From Prochlorococcus marinus str. NATL2A (GTDB taxonomy: Bacteria; Cyanobacteriota; Cyanobacteriia; PCC-6307; Cyanobiaceae): 32,000 bases of DNA. A program made the position numbers and the translations under genes. The notes under the pieces were generated by a model, which was not told the DNA's origin, ran no database searches, and worked only from the letters and a program-made list of their open reading frames with translations. Location of the stretch: the NCBI RefSeq assembly GCF_000012465.1, contig NC_007335.2:1350001-1382000 (forward strand), written 5' to 3'. Shown piece after piece: positions 17,667-27,137 of this stretch (position 1 is the first letter of the stretch; each line of letters begins with the position of its first letter).

Positions 17667-19109
17667 CTACTTCTTTATTTGTAAAGATGCCTGCTTATAA
17701 GCAACCTCTACAACTTCGCTTAATGTTGGATGAGTATGAACTTCTTTTGCTAAGTCATTAACTCGTTGTCTTCTAGAAATTGCATTAGAAACCTCTTGTA
17801 TGAGATCAGCCGCATGTAATCCATAAATATGAGCCCCAAGGACCTCTCCCGTCTCTTTATTAAAAATCAACTTCATAATTCCATCACTTTCTAATTCAGC
17901 CAAGGCCTTAGAGTTCGCTTTAAAATAACTTCTAACAATTCCAAGTTCAAAGCCTTCGTTTTTCGCTAGATCTTTTGCTTCTTCTTCCGAGAGTCCAACG
18001 GAACTTATCTCAGGGTGAGTAAACGTCGCTGCAGGAATACTTCTGTAGTCAATTTCTATTGCTTTTCCTAAAATATTTTCTACAGCAATACTCCCTTGCG
18101 CTGCAGCGGTATGGGCCAACATCAACTTACCCGTAACATCTCCGACTGCCCATAGATTAGAAACCGGTTTTTCATTTACCAATACTCTCATCTGATCATC
18201 AATTGGAATAAAACCTCTCGTTGTTTCAACTCCAACGGATTGTAGATTTAGATTTTCAGTCGACGGTACTCGACCTGTTGCGACCAGAACAGCGTCAACT
18301 TGCAACTCCTCAATTACTTCTCGACTCTTTGCATCTGTAAGCTCGACCTCGACAGGACAACCTGGCTTAACTTTAGTAGCAAACACACCAGCTCGAGTTT
18401 CAATATCTCTTTTATCAATTAGGTTTCTTGAAGCAATTTTCGTGATATCTGGATCAAAAGTAGGCATTACTTTATCAAGGGCTTCAATCATGGTTACCTC
18501 ACAACCTAAAGCTGTATAAATATCAGCGAATTCCAAACCTATATAGCCACTACCAATTATTGCAATCCATCTTGGCAACCATTCTAAATTAATAGCCTCA
18601 TCACTTGTAAAAACAGTTCGTCCATCAATTTCAATTCCAGGCGGTACAAAAGGGTCTGAGCCTGTAGCTAAGATAATATCTCTAGCAGAAAAAATTCTAT
18701 CAACTCCATTAGTTTCTCTTAAACCGACCTTTTGATTGCCTTCTAAACGTCCTTCTCCTCTAAGTATCTCAACTCCAGATCTTTCCAATGTTTTAGTTAG
18801 ATTTTTTCGAATTGTCTCGACTAAATTTTTTGCATGTTCGGCTATTTTTTTACGTTCAAATCTAACCGGAGCCGAATGTATCCCAAATTCAGAAAGATGA
18901 GGAACATCTGCAAGCTCACGAACTTTACCACTGGCAGCTAGTAATGCTTTAGAGGGGACACAGCCTCTGTTAACACAGGTCCCACCCATATCTCTTGATT
19001 CGACAATCGCCACTTTCAAGCCAGCCTCTGCCGCATGTTTAGCCGCATCAAAACCTCCATATCCAGCTCCGACAACAATCAAGTCAAAGTCAAAAGAAAT
19101 TTCACTCAC
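17667..19109 (-). CDS. lpdA: dihydrolipoyl dehydrogenase (E3)
   Basis: FAD-binding GAGYGG, redox-active disulfide GGTCVNRGCVPSK, NAD-binding GSGYIGLEF, and a C-terminal HTHPTLSE interface motif. The GTG start overlaps the upstream stop (GTGA). Confidence 0.95.
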   Translation of the reverse strand: MSEISFDFDLIVVGAGYGGFDAAKHAAEAGLKVAIVESRDMGGTCVNRGCVPSKALLAASGKVRELADVPHLSEFGIHSAPVRFERKKIAEHAKNLVETIRKNLTKTLERSGVEILRGEGRLEGNQKVGLRETNGVDRIFSARDIILATGSDPFVPPGIEIDGRTVFTSDEAINLEWLPRWIAIIGSGYIGLEFADIYTALGCEVTMIEALDKVMPTFDPDITKIASRNLIDKRDIETRAGVFATKVKPGCPVEVELTDAKSREVIEELQVDAVLVATGRVPSTENLNLQSVGVETTRGFIPIDDQMRVLVNEKPVSNLWAVGDVTGKLMLAHTAAAQGSIAVENILGKAIEIDYRSIPAATFTHPEISSVGLSEEEAKDLAKNEGFELGIVRSYFKANSKALAELESDGIMKLIFNKETGEVLGAHIYGLHAADLIQEVSNAISRRQRVNDLAKEVHTHPTLSEVVEVAYKQASLQIKK

Positions 19110-19942
19110 GATTTTTTTTGCATACCCTTAACCATTTTTACTCTTTGTCGCTCCAACAAGAGAGGAACTGCAGCAGATGCCACATTAAGTGAATCAACTA
19201 ATGAGCTATGAGGCAACGTAACAAAGTCTGTACAACAGGCTTCAATTGAAGCATGAACACCTGAACCCTCATTACCAAGAACCAATACTGTAGGGAGATC
19301 CCAGTCTAATTCCCAATAAGGTTTCACTTTCTTATCAGTAATTTTATTTGGTGAAATTGTCCCTACTACTTGGTAATTATCATCAATTGCAATATTGAGT
19401 TTTGAAACAAGCATTTCAATACTTGAAGAAGATGAATGTCCAATCCGTTCAAAAGGCATATGGAGAACTGAGCCAGCGGAGGATCTTAAAACCTTTTGAT
19501 TAAGTGGATCGGCTCCAGAAGCTAACCACATAGCCTCATATTCACCAGCAAGAGCTGATCGAAATAAATTTCCCAAATTACCTGGATCTTGAATCCTATC
19601 CAAAGCCAAAATATGTTTAGGGGCTTTTCCCGATTTTGGTAACCCTTGCATTGGGAATATCGCTGCGACACCATCAGGTGTGACTGTTGACAAAGATGTT
19701 TCTAAAACGTTTTTGGTTACTAGGGTTAACAAAGTTCTTGAAGCTATTTTTTTTAAAATCTCCTCATGCTGATCACACCATTCAGGAGTTGCAATAACTT
19801 CTGTTGGCAAAAAATTTGTTTTCAAAGCCTCTTCTAACAAATGAGACCCCTCAAGCAAAAGAGAAGAATGCTCTTCACGTCCAGTTTTTTTCAAAAGACC
19901 CCTTAATTTTCGAACCAAAGGGTTTCTTTTACTTGTAATCAA
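19106..19942 (-). CDS. TrmH/SpoU-family RNA 2'-O-methyltransferase
   Basis: SpoU substrate-binding N domain plus a SPOUT C domain (LDRIQDPGNLGNLFRSA, VLGNEGSGV, LNVASAAVPLL). TTG start. Confidence 0.8.
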   Translation of the reverse strand: MITSKRNPLVRKLRGLLKKTGREEHSSLLLEGSHLLEEALKTNFLPTEVIATPEWCDQHEEILKKIASRTLLTLVTKNVLETSLSTVTPDGVAAIFPMQGLPKSGKAPKHILALDRIQDPGNLGNLFRSALAGEYEAMWLASGADPLNQKVLRSSAGSVLHMPFERIGHSSSSSIEMLVSKLNIAIDDNYQVVGTISPNKITDKKVKPYWELDWDLPTVLVLGNEGSGVHASIEACCTDFVTLPHSSLVDSLNVASAAVPLLLERQRVKMVKGMQKKS

Positions 19943-20181
19943 TGGAGAATATGAATGATTAATTTTCTAACCTCAAATTATTTAATTTTTGAAAAGCAGA
20001 AAAGTTTCTTGCATTAAAAACCACTTATTTTCTTATTAAATTCAATAAAAACTATATAAAAATTTTATTCAAACTTTCAAAATTATCAATATTTAATTTG
20101 AACCCATCAATTTTCAATAAGGTTGACTGGACTATTTGAAATCCACTTGGCATTATGGCTGGGTAAGCAGTTCGCTCCAAT

Positions 20182-21558
20182 ATGAGTAGTGTGGCGACGA
20201 TTAAAAGGAATATTGTTCCGCCACATCTGGAGGTAAAAGGAGGGCGTCCGCTTAGTGGGATCTTAAAAGTTAGCGGGGCAAAAAATTCTTCGCTAGCTTT
20301 AATGGCTGCGGCGCTTCTTACGAAAGAAAAACTCCTCATTCAAAATGTCCCACAACTTACGGACATTGAAGTCATGTCAGAGATTCTCCGTAATTTGGGC
20401 GCAAAGTTAACTAAAACAAATAATTCTATCGAAATTAATTCAGAGTCCATTCATAATGTTGAATTACCGTATGAATTAGTTCATAGCTTGAGAGCAAGCT
20501 TTTTCTGTGTCGGCCCCTTACTTACAAGACTTGGAGAAGCAAAAATTCCTTTACCTGGTGGTTGCAATATTGGAGCAAGACCTGTCGATGAACATATCAA
20601 TGGTCTAAAAGCTTTAGGAGCGGAAGTTGAAGTTATAAATGATGTTGTAAAAGCTAAAGTTTCTACCAAAGACAAAAGATTACTTGGAGCGAATATTACT
20701 CTTAAATATCCCAGCGTCGGAGCCACGGAAACCATCTTGATGGCTTCTTGCTTAGCTTCAGGCAAAACAACAATATCGAATCCAGCTAGAGAACCAGAGA
20801 TCCAGGATCTCGCAAAAATGCTTAATTCAATGGGAGCAAAAGTTTTTGGAGCAGGAACGAAAAGAATCACAATCCTTGGAGTTGAATCTTTAAACGGGAC
20901 TTCTCATTGTGTTATTCCAGACAGGATAGAAGCAGGGACTTTTCTTATTGCTGCAGCAATAACACGATCGCCTCTCATTATTGGTCCAGTAATCCCAAAT
21001 CATTTGAGCGCTGTTATTTCAAAATTAAAAGAATGTGGCTGTTCAATATCTCAACATGGGAATCATCATTTAAAAATCATTCCAAGAGAGATTTCAGGAG
21101 TTGACATAACAACAAGTCCATTTCCTGGCTTCCCAACTGATCTTCAGGCTCCATTTATGTCACTGATGGCCACCGCTAAGGGTTCAAGCAAAATCAAAGA
21201 AAGAGTTTTTGAGAAGAGAATGCAACACGTTTTGGAGCTAAATAAAATGGGCGCCTGTATTTATCTAGAAAACAATACTGCTTATATAAAAGGAGTAAAA
21301 GAACTTGTAGGTTCAAATGTAGAGGGAGGAGATTTACGTTCTTCTGCTGCCATTATCCTTGCATGTCTCTCTGCCAAAGGAAATAGTATTTTCACGGGCC
21401 TCGAACACTTAGATAGAGGCTATGAAAAATTAGAAGAAAAATTAACGAATGCAGGTTCTAATATTTCTAGAAAATTTGATCAAATAACATCTCATAGTTC
21501 TTTCTCTAACAAAATAATTAGTGAAGACAATATTGATACTCAAAAAAATGCAGCTTAG
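20182..21558 (+). CDS. murA: UDP-N-acetylglucosamine 1-carboxyvinyltransferase
   Basis: [14 protein letters not shown], active-site loop [27 protein letters not shown]. It has about 15 extra N-terminal and about 27 extra C-terminal residues relative to E. coli MurA, as I recall that sequence. Confidence 0.95.
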   Translation: MSSVATIKRNIVPPHLEVKGGRPLSGILKVSGAKNSSLALMAAALLTKEKLLIQNVPQLTDIEVMSEILRNLGAKLTKTNNSIEINSESIHNVELPYELVHSLRASFFCVGPLLTRLGEAKIPLPGGCNIGARPVDEHINGLKALGAEVEVINDVVKAKVSTKDKRLLGANITLKYPSVGATETILMASCLASGKTTISNPAREPEIQDLAKMLNSMGAKVFGAGTKRITILGVESLNGTSHCVIPDRIEAGTFLIAAAITRSPLIIGPVIPNHLSAVISKLKECGCSISQHGNHHLKIIPREISGVDITTSPFPGFPTDLQAPFMSLMATAKGSSKIKERVFEKRMQHVLELNKMGACIYLENNTAYIKGVKELVGSNVEGGDLRSSAAIILACLSAKGNSIFTGLEHLDRGYEKLEEKLTNAGSNISRKFDQITSHSSFSNKIISEDNIDTQKNAA

Positions 21559-21597
21559 TTTCATATATTTGCTAGTTTTGACATAAAATAAACACAT

Positions 21598-21679
21598 GGG
21601 AGCGTGGTGGAATTGGTAGACGCACCGCACTCAAAATGCGGCACCTTCGGGTTTGTCGGTTCAAGTCCGACCGCTCCCA
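21598..21679 (+). tRNA. tRNA-Leu (anticodon CAA), class II with long variable arm
   Basis: Hand-folded cloverleaf: acceptor GGGAGCG/CGCTCCC, D arm GTG-GAATTGGTAGA-CGC, anticodon arm CCGCA-CTCAAAA-TGCGG, variable arm CACCTTCGGGTTT, T arm GTCGG-TTCAAGT-CCGAC, discriminator A. CCA is not encoded. Confidence 0.9.
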
Positions 21680-21687
21680 CTTCATTG

Positions 21688-22869
21688 ATGAAGACTTACA
21701 ATCGTTTTCCCTTAGATCTCATTAGGGGTAAAGGCTCATGGGTGTGGGATCAAAAAGGCCGAAAATATCTTGATGGTGTGGCTGGAATTGCAACATGTTC
21801 ACTAGGCCACAGTGATAAAGCATTAATCAAATCCTTATCAAAACAATTAAAAAGACTTCAACACGTATCTAACCTTTACGGAATACCAGAGCAAGAAGAA
21901 TTAGCTCAATGGTTAACTTCACAAAGTTTTGCGAAGAGTGTATTTTTTTGTAATAGCGGTGCTGAAGCAAACGAAGCTGCAATTAAATTGGCAAGAAAAT
22001 ATGGGCATATTGAACGTAATATCGACAACCCAGTCATTCTTTGCTCAAAGGAAAGCTTTCACGGAAGAACACTCGCCGCTGTAAGTGCGACAGGCCAAAC
22101 GAAATACCACAAAGGTTTCGAGCCAATGGTTCAGGGATTTCAGTTTTTTTCTTATAATGACAGTGAATCTTTTGAAAATCTATTTGATACTTTAGAAAAA
22201 ACAGGTCCACAAATTGCAGCTGTATTTATTGAACCAATACAAGGTGAGGGAGGAATAAATATTGGAAAAAAATCATTTTTTGAGCTCTTAAGAAAAAAAT
22301 GTACTCGCAGCAATGTTTTATTAATATTTGACGAAGTCCAAACTGGAATGGGGAGAACAGGTACTCTTTGGGGATATGAACAACTAGGTATTGAACCTGA
22401 TGTTTTCACACTAGCCAAAGGGCTTGGTGGAGGTCATGCCATTGGAGCGCTATTAGTTAATCAATTGGCTGATGTCTTTCAGCCCGGTGATCATGCCAGC
22501 ACTTTTGGAGGGAATCCTTTCGCATGCAGAGCAGCTCTAACCGTTGGGCAAGAAATACAAAAAAGAGACCTATTAAATAAAGTCACTGAGAGAGGTAATC
22601 AATTAAAAGAAGGATTAATTAAACTTTCAAATAAATATTCAGACATATTTATTTCCACTAGAGGCGTTGGGCTTATTCAAGGTCTCGTTATAAAAGACAA
22701 TATCAAAACAACATCTCTTGATATTGTCAAATCTGCCTTAGAAGAGAAACTACTTCTAGTATCAGCTGGTGTAAAAGTATTAAGGATAGTCCCTCCTCTG
22801 ACTATTACAAAAAAAGAAATCAACGAGCTTTTATCGAGACTAGACAAATGTCTGATGAAACTTTCATAG
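21688..22869 (+). CDS. argD: acetylornithine aminotransferase
   Basis: Class-III aminotransferase: MKTYNRFPLDLIRGKGSWVWDQKGRKYLDGVAGIATCSLGH, FCNSGAEANEAAIKLAR, IFDEVQTGMGRTG, TLAKGLGGG. The tracked ORF start at 21604 lies inside the tRNA, so I take ATG 21688. Confidence 0.9.
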   Translation: MKTYNRFPLDLIRGKGSWVWDQKGRKYLDGVAGIATCSLGHSDKALIKSLSKQLKRLQHVSNLYGIPEQEELAQWLTSQSFAKSVFFCNSGAEANEAAIKLARKYGHIERNIDNPVILCSKESFHGRTLAAVSATGQTKYHKGFEPMVQGFQFFSYNDSESFENLFDTLEKTGPQIAAVFIEPIQGEGGINIGKKSFFELLRKKCTRSNVLLIFDEVQTGMGRTGTLWGYEQLGIEPDVFTLAKGLGGGHAIGALLVNQLADVFQPGDHASTFGGNPFACRAALTVGQEIQKRDLLNKVTERGNQLKEGLIKLSNKYSDIFISTRGVGLIQGLVIKDNIKTTSLDIVKSALEEKLLLVSAGVKVLRIVPPLTITKKEINELLSRLDKCLMKLS

Positions 22870-24086
22870 CACAATCGAATTTCATTTCTGAAAGCAAGAG
22901 CAAGGAATATAAAGATATGAATCTGGGCATAGATCGTATGTCATTGGCTATTAATGCTATGGGAGATCCCTGCAAAAAAACACCTGCTATTCACATAGCA
23001 GGAACAAATGGGAAAGGCTCTATTGGCGCTTTTATCAATAGTGTTCTTAGCTTAGTAAATATCAAAACTGGAGTTACCACTTCTCCCCATTTAGTTGATT
23101 GGGTCGAGAGAATATGTATCAACAAGACTCCAATATCAAAAGAAGAATTTCAATCATTAAGCCTGTCTCTTTCTCCAATTGCAAAAAAATATAGGTTGAC
23201 TCCTTTTGAATGTGTTATTGCAATAGCACTTAAATATTTTACTTTGAGGGAAGTTGAACTTCTTATCCTTGAAGTAGGGCTTGGGGGTAGACTTGATGCA
23301 ACAACCGCGCATCAATACAGACCTATTATTGCATTTGGAGCTATTGGGCTTGATCATTGTGAATACTTAGGTAATAGTCTAGAGAAAGTAGCTATTGAGA
23401 AAGCAGCTGTAATCACTACAAAGAGCACTGTCATTACAGCCACACAAAACAATATTGTAAAAAGAGTTTTAGAAGAGACTGCCAAGAGGAAACAAGCAGT
23501 CATTCATTGGGTAGATCCAATTCCATCAGACTGGGAACTCGGCTTATCAGGAGTAATACAGAAAGAAAATGCAGCTGTAGCGAAAGGGGTTATTGAATCC
23601 TTAAAAAATATAGGCTGGAATATTTCTGAAGGACAACTTCGAGAAGGCTTATCTCTTGCTAAATGGCCTGGAAGACTTCAAACAACAAAATGGGAAGGGA
23701 TGCCCATAGTTGTTGATGGTGCACATAATCCTCATGCGGCTAATCAATTATCAATTGAACGGGACGCATGGACTAATCAAGAAAGTGGAATTATTTGGAT
23801 ACTAGGGATTCAAAAAAGAAAAGACATGATAGGCATTTTGTATAAACTAGTTAGAGAGAAAGATTTAGCTTGGATAGTTCCTGTTCCTGGCCAACAAAGC
23901 TGGTCAAAAGATCAAATTTTAAGTTTTTGCCCTGAATATAAACACCAAATCAAAGAAGCATTTAGTGTAGAAGAAGTTTTGTCAACACTTAAAAAACAAC
24001 ATAGATGGCCATCTCCACCACCAATCATTTCAGGATCGCTATATTTAATAGGTGACCTTTTTCAAAGGAAAATATTACCAAGTTAA
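22848..24086 (+). CDS. folC: bifunctional folylpolyglutamate synthase/dihydrofolate synthase
   Basis: Mur-ligase-family P-loop HIAGTNGKGS, EVGLGGRLDAT, DGAHNPHA. It overlaps the argD 3' end by 22 nt. Confidence 0.88.
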   Translation: MSDETFIAQSNFISESKSKEYKDMNLGIDRMSLAINAMGDPCKKTPAIHIAGTNGKGSIGAFINSVLSLVNIKTGVTTSPHLVDWVERICINKTPISKEEFQSLSLSLSPIAKKYRLTPFECVIAIALKYFTLREVELLILEVGLGGRLDATTAHQYRPIIAFGAIGLDHCEYLGNSLEKVAIEKAAVITTKSTVITATQNNIVKRVLEETAKRKQAVIHWVDPIPSDWELGLSGVIQKENAAVAKGVIESLKNIGWNISEGQLREGLSLAKWPGRLQTTKWEGMPIVVDGAHNPHAANQLSIERDAWTNQESGIIWILGIQKRKDMIGILYKLVREKDLAWIVPVPGQQSWSKDQILSFCPEYKHQIKEAFSVEEVLSTLKKQHRWPSPPPIISGSLYLIGDLFQRKILPS

Positions 24087-24111
24087 ATTGATTAAAAATA
24101 TAGCAATTAAA

Positions 24112-25464
24112 TCAATTGACTTTTAGATTCCACCCTTTGAGTTTACCTGGATTGAGAATCCCTTTTGGATCAAAGTTACTCTTAGCTTGCACTTGATCAG
24201 AATCAATCACACCTAGACCTCCATCTTCAACAGTGATTGTATGCGGATTAAAAATCACTGCACCAAGGTCTCTGCATTGACTGATTAATTGATTCATCGC
24301 TTCTTCACCTTGCCACTTAACAAGAGGAAGTGACGCTAATCTTTGAACTCCATTTTGACGCACACATTCCAAATGCCATAAAAGATTTGATCCCCACTCG
24401 GATTTCAATTTTTTCATCATTTCTAACTCAGGCTGAGGAAGAAGCATTTGCAAATATGTCCAATTAGGATCAATGCCACGCATATGTAAAGTCGTGTGGT
24501 TCCAAGAAAGCTCTCGAAGACCTGTCCCTGCCTTAAGATTTTCAGGACCTAAGTCATCAAAGTCAGCGCCAGCCGATTTCGCAAGTCGCTCAATGGTACT
24601 AACACCATCAGGTGAAACCAAAAGTAAAATCCTATGCTTACTTGAAGGTTTGCCAAACCCAGAGGGAAGGCAAGTGACAATTTCTTTCTCTAACAAAGTC
24701 CCCAAATAAAGCTCCAGCGCTGCACAACTGAATTTGCTTAACAAGTCAACCGCCTGATCCAAATCAAAACAATCGACTACTATTTGTTGCCATTCAACAT
24801 ATGGAGCAGTTGTTAATGTCAATGCAGTAATAATTCCGTTAGTTCCATAAGCATGATTTAAAGCTTCGGAATTGTTTGCATTCAATTCAAGTTTTCTTGG
24901 CGAATCCTCAGTCGTTATTACTTCTAAGGCCTGCAAATGCCCAGGATCTCTAAGGAAGCCCCAACGAACAGATCCTATTCCGCCTGAACCGCCAGCAATA
25001 AAGCCCCCAATAGAAGCGCTTCTCCATGTACTCGGAAGCAACCGTAACTGACGACCATGCTTGATCAACTCATCATTAATATCTCTAAGTAAACAACCAG
25101 ATTCAACTGTGATTTCACCTGATTTTGAATCGAAATTTCTAATTTTTCGAAGACCAGACATAACCATGACGAGTCCACCGTTAAGTGGAACACACTGACC
25201 ATAATTGCCTGTTCCGGAGCCTCTAAGGGTCAAAGGAGTTGAATACTTATTACACATTTGAGCCACAACAATAATCGCATCAACCGAAAGCGGTCGAACG
25301 ACTATGTCAGCCAAACAATCTTTTAGTTCATCAATTAATATTGGCGAATAATCAAAGAAGTCTTTAGAGAACCTTTTTAAATCACTAGTTTTTTGATAGA
25401 TCTCTAGATCAGGTACTGATTTTAGTTCACTTAAAAGCAACTCTACTTTCTCTGTATTAGTCAT
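24112..25464 (-). CDS. FAD-linked oxidase/dehydrogenase (PCMH-type FAD-binding domain; GlcD/D-lactate-dehydrogenase-like); substrate unknown
   Basis: N-terminal FAD_binding_4-like region (LTLRGSGTGNYGQCVPLNGGLVMVM, GGFIAGGSGGIGSVRWG) and the C-terminal KGILNPGK motif common in this family. Confidence 0.7.
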   Translation of the reverse strand: MTNTEKVELLLSELKSVPDLEIYQKTSDLKRFSKDFFDYSPILIDELKDCLADIVVRPLSVDAIIVVAQMCNKYSTPLTLRGSGTGNYGQCVPLNGGLVMVMSGLRKIRNFDSKSGEITVESGCLLRDINDELIKHGRQLRLLPSTWRSASIGGFIAGGSGGIGSVRWGFLRDPGHLQALEVITTEDSPRKLELNANNSEALNHAYGTNGIITALTLTTAPYVEWQQIVVDCFDLDQAVDLLSKFSCAALELYLGTLLEKEIVTCLPSGFGKPSSKHRILLLVSPDGVSTIERLAKSAGADFDDLGPENLKAGTGLRELSWNHTTLHMRGIDPNWTYLQMLLPQPELEMMKKLKSEWGSNLLWHLECVRQNGVQRLASLPLVKWQGEEAMNQLISQCRDLGAVIFNPHTITVEDGGLGVIDSDQVQAKSNFDPKGILNPGKLKGWNLKVN

Positions 25465-26774
25465 GGGTGAGAATTGTTGAATGTTAATTTTTTGTTTTTA
25501 GGCAATTCATTTAAAAATTCGCCATTAACTACTACTCTTCTTTTAGGTCTTTCAGACAAAGCTTTTACCCAACTATTTGAATCTAACAAAACAAAATCGG
25601 CAGGACTTCCTTTTTGTAAAACGCCATCCCATTGAAGATTAAGAATACTTGCTGCGGAAGAAGTAAATGGAGAAAGGCCCAATCTCTCCCAAGGAGTTAA
25701 ATGAGCAATTGGCATTGAAAAAGCCATTAAATTTATTGGATCAAAATTAGTGAATGGAAACCATGCATCATTTACATTGTCTCCTCCTACAGATACAACA
25801 ACCCCAGCCTTTTGAAGTTGAAATATTGGAGCTAGAGGTCTTTTAATTGAAGTAGATCGTTCATTTCTACCGAGCAGCCAAGAATTCGTGAGTGGTAAAG
25901 CAACAACATTTAATTTCTTTTCAGCCATTGCCTTTGCCAAATTTGAAATCGATTTTTCTCTTAGTAAAGCCATACTGCTCAAATGACTACAAGTTATTGA
26001 TATCTCATTTTTAATATGGCCTAATACTTCAAGAAGTAATTTCACCCCTGCAGCAGGACAAGACTGAGACTCATCAATATGAAGATCAATATCACAATTA
26101 AGTCTATTTGCAAGTTGAACTAAGTGTAATAAAGACTTAATTGTCTTCTTTTTATTAAAAGGAGGAGCTATGACTCCTCCTAGGAGATCTCCATTCAAAG
26201 CAACTCTTTGCGCTAAAAGCTCACCTTCATACGTTTGCCAAAATTCTAATGGGACTAAAGCCACAAATTGTAAGAAAATTTTGTCTCGCCATTTTTTTCT
26301 AATATCTTCTAATAGGTCCCAATCTCTCATTACATTTTCTCCAAAGCTATCTATATGGGATCTAATTGCACGGATACCATTAACAAGGGCTAGGTTCAAA
26401 GATTTTTCAACACTAAAAAGCAATTGGCCTTGAGACCTACTTTTATAGTCATTTAAATTAGCTACTAAAGCTTCTTGATAACTCCCTTTATAATTAGGAG
26501 CTCGAGACCATGAAAATGCTTTATCTAAATGAGCATGAGGTTCGGAAAATCTAGGTAGAAGGATTTCATTAGGAACTTTTGAAGCATCTTTTAAACCTTT
26601 AATTGAGCAGATTTTCCCATGCCTCCACTCAACTTGAAGCGAACATAACCCTTCAAAGTCAACTGTTAGTCCCAGAATATTTGCACCCTCTCCAATCAAG
26701 CATCTCGGTACCAACACATCAATACGACCTGATGCTTTAGTAGATAAATTGAATTCTTCTTTTTCTAAAGTCAC
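25461..26774 (-). CDS. metal-dependent amidohydrolase of the cytosine-deaminase (CodA-like) family; substrate unknown
   Basis: SEPHAHLDK (compare CodA EPHIHLD), DIDLHIDES (CodA HCDE) and GGDNVNDAWFPF (CodA DDVFDPWYP). The stop overlaps the start of the oxidase gene (ATGA). Confidence 0.7.
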   Translation of the reverse strand: MTLEKEEFNLSTKASGRIDVLVPRCLIGEGANILGLTVDFEGLCSLQVEWRHGKICSIKGLKDASKVPNEILLPRFSEPHAHLDKAFSWSRAPNYKGSYQEALVANLNDYKSRSQGQLLFSVEKSLNLALVNGIRAIRSHIDSFGENVMRDWDLLEDIRKKWRDKIFLQFVALVPLEFWQTYEGELLAQRVALNGDLLGGVIAPPFNKKKTIKSLLHLVQLANRLNCDIDLHIDESQSCPAAGVKLLLEVLGHIKNEISITCSHLSSMALLREKSISNLAKAMAEKKLNVVALPLTNSWLLGRNERSTSIKRPLAPIFQLQKAGVVVSVGGDNVNDAWFPFTNFDPINLMAFSMPIAHLTPWERLGLSPFTSSAASILNLQWDGVLQKGSPADFVLLDSNSWVKALSERPKRRVVVNGEFLNELPKNKKLTFNNSHP

Positions 26775-26978
26775 TTAATAATACAATCACCAAGTCAAAA
26801 GCCTGTTTTCAAGGCCTCACAAATCCACAGTAACTTTAATATCTTTAAAATGCGTTGTGATCAACATACAAAAAGTGATAATTCTAGAAACTTCCAAGTT
26901 AGAATACTTTAGGAATATATTTAGCTAAATCATTTTGATCTTTCAAAATGGCAAAAGTTTGATAAATTCTCATTTCGA

Positions 26979-27052
26979 GGCGGGTGTCGCCAAGTGGTTA
27001 AGGCAGCGGCTTGTGGTGCCGCCATCCGGGGGTTCGAATCCCCTCATCCGCC
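26979..27052 (+). tRNA. tRNA-His (anticodon GTG) with genome-encoded G-1
   Basis: Hand-folded cloverleaf: G-1 plus acceptor GCGGGTG/CATCCGC (one G-T wobble), D arm GCC-AAGTGGTTAA-GGC, anticodon arm GCGGC-TTGTGGT-GCCGC, variable loop CATCC, T arm GGGGG-TTCGAAT-CCCCT, discriminator C pairing with G-1. CCA is not encoded. Confidence 0.9.
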
Positions 27053-27137
27053 CTCAAATTCTTTGTTTTTATTTAAATCCCTTTAAAAAAATTTCCTAGA
27101 ATAATTTTATTTCAAAGAAAAAATATATATCTTCGCG

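Noticed and set aside
21578-21583. Perfect TTGACA 14 nt upstream of tRNA-Leu as its promoter -35
   Set aside because: A -10 element 17 nt downstream would fall inside the mature tRNA, so this geometry cannot produce the tRNA 5' end.
21604-21687. N-terminal 28 codons of the tracked argD ORF (MVELVDAPHSKCGTFGFVGSSPTAPTSL)
   Set aside because: This stretch is the tRNA-Leu sequence read as protein. The aminotransferase homology starts at MKTYNRFPL (ATG 21688).
24087-24111. A/T-only inverted repeat (AATTGATT...AATCAATT) between the convergent folC and FAD-oxidase genes as a terminator
   Set aside because: The 8-bp stem is entirely A-T, with a 16-nt loop and no U-tract. Its predicted stability is too low to call a terminator.
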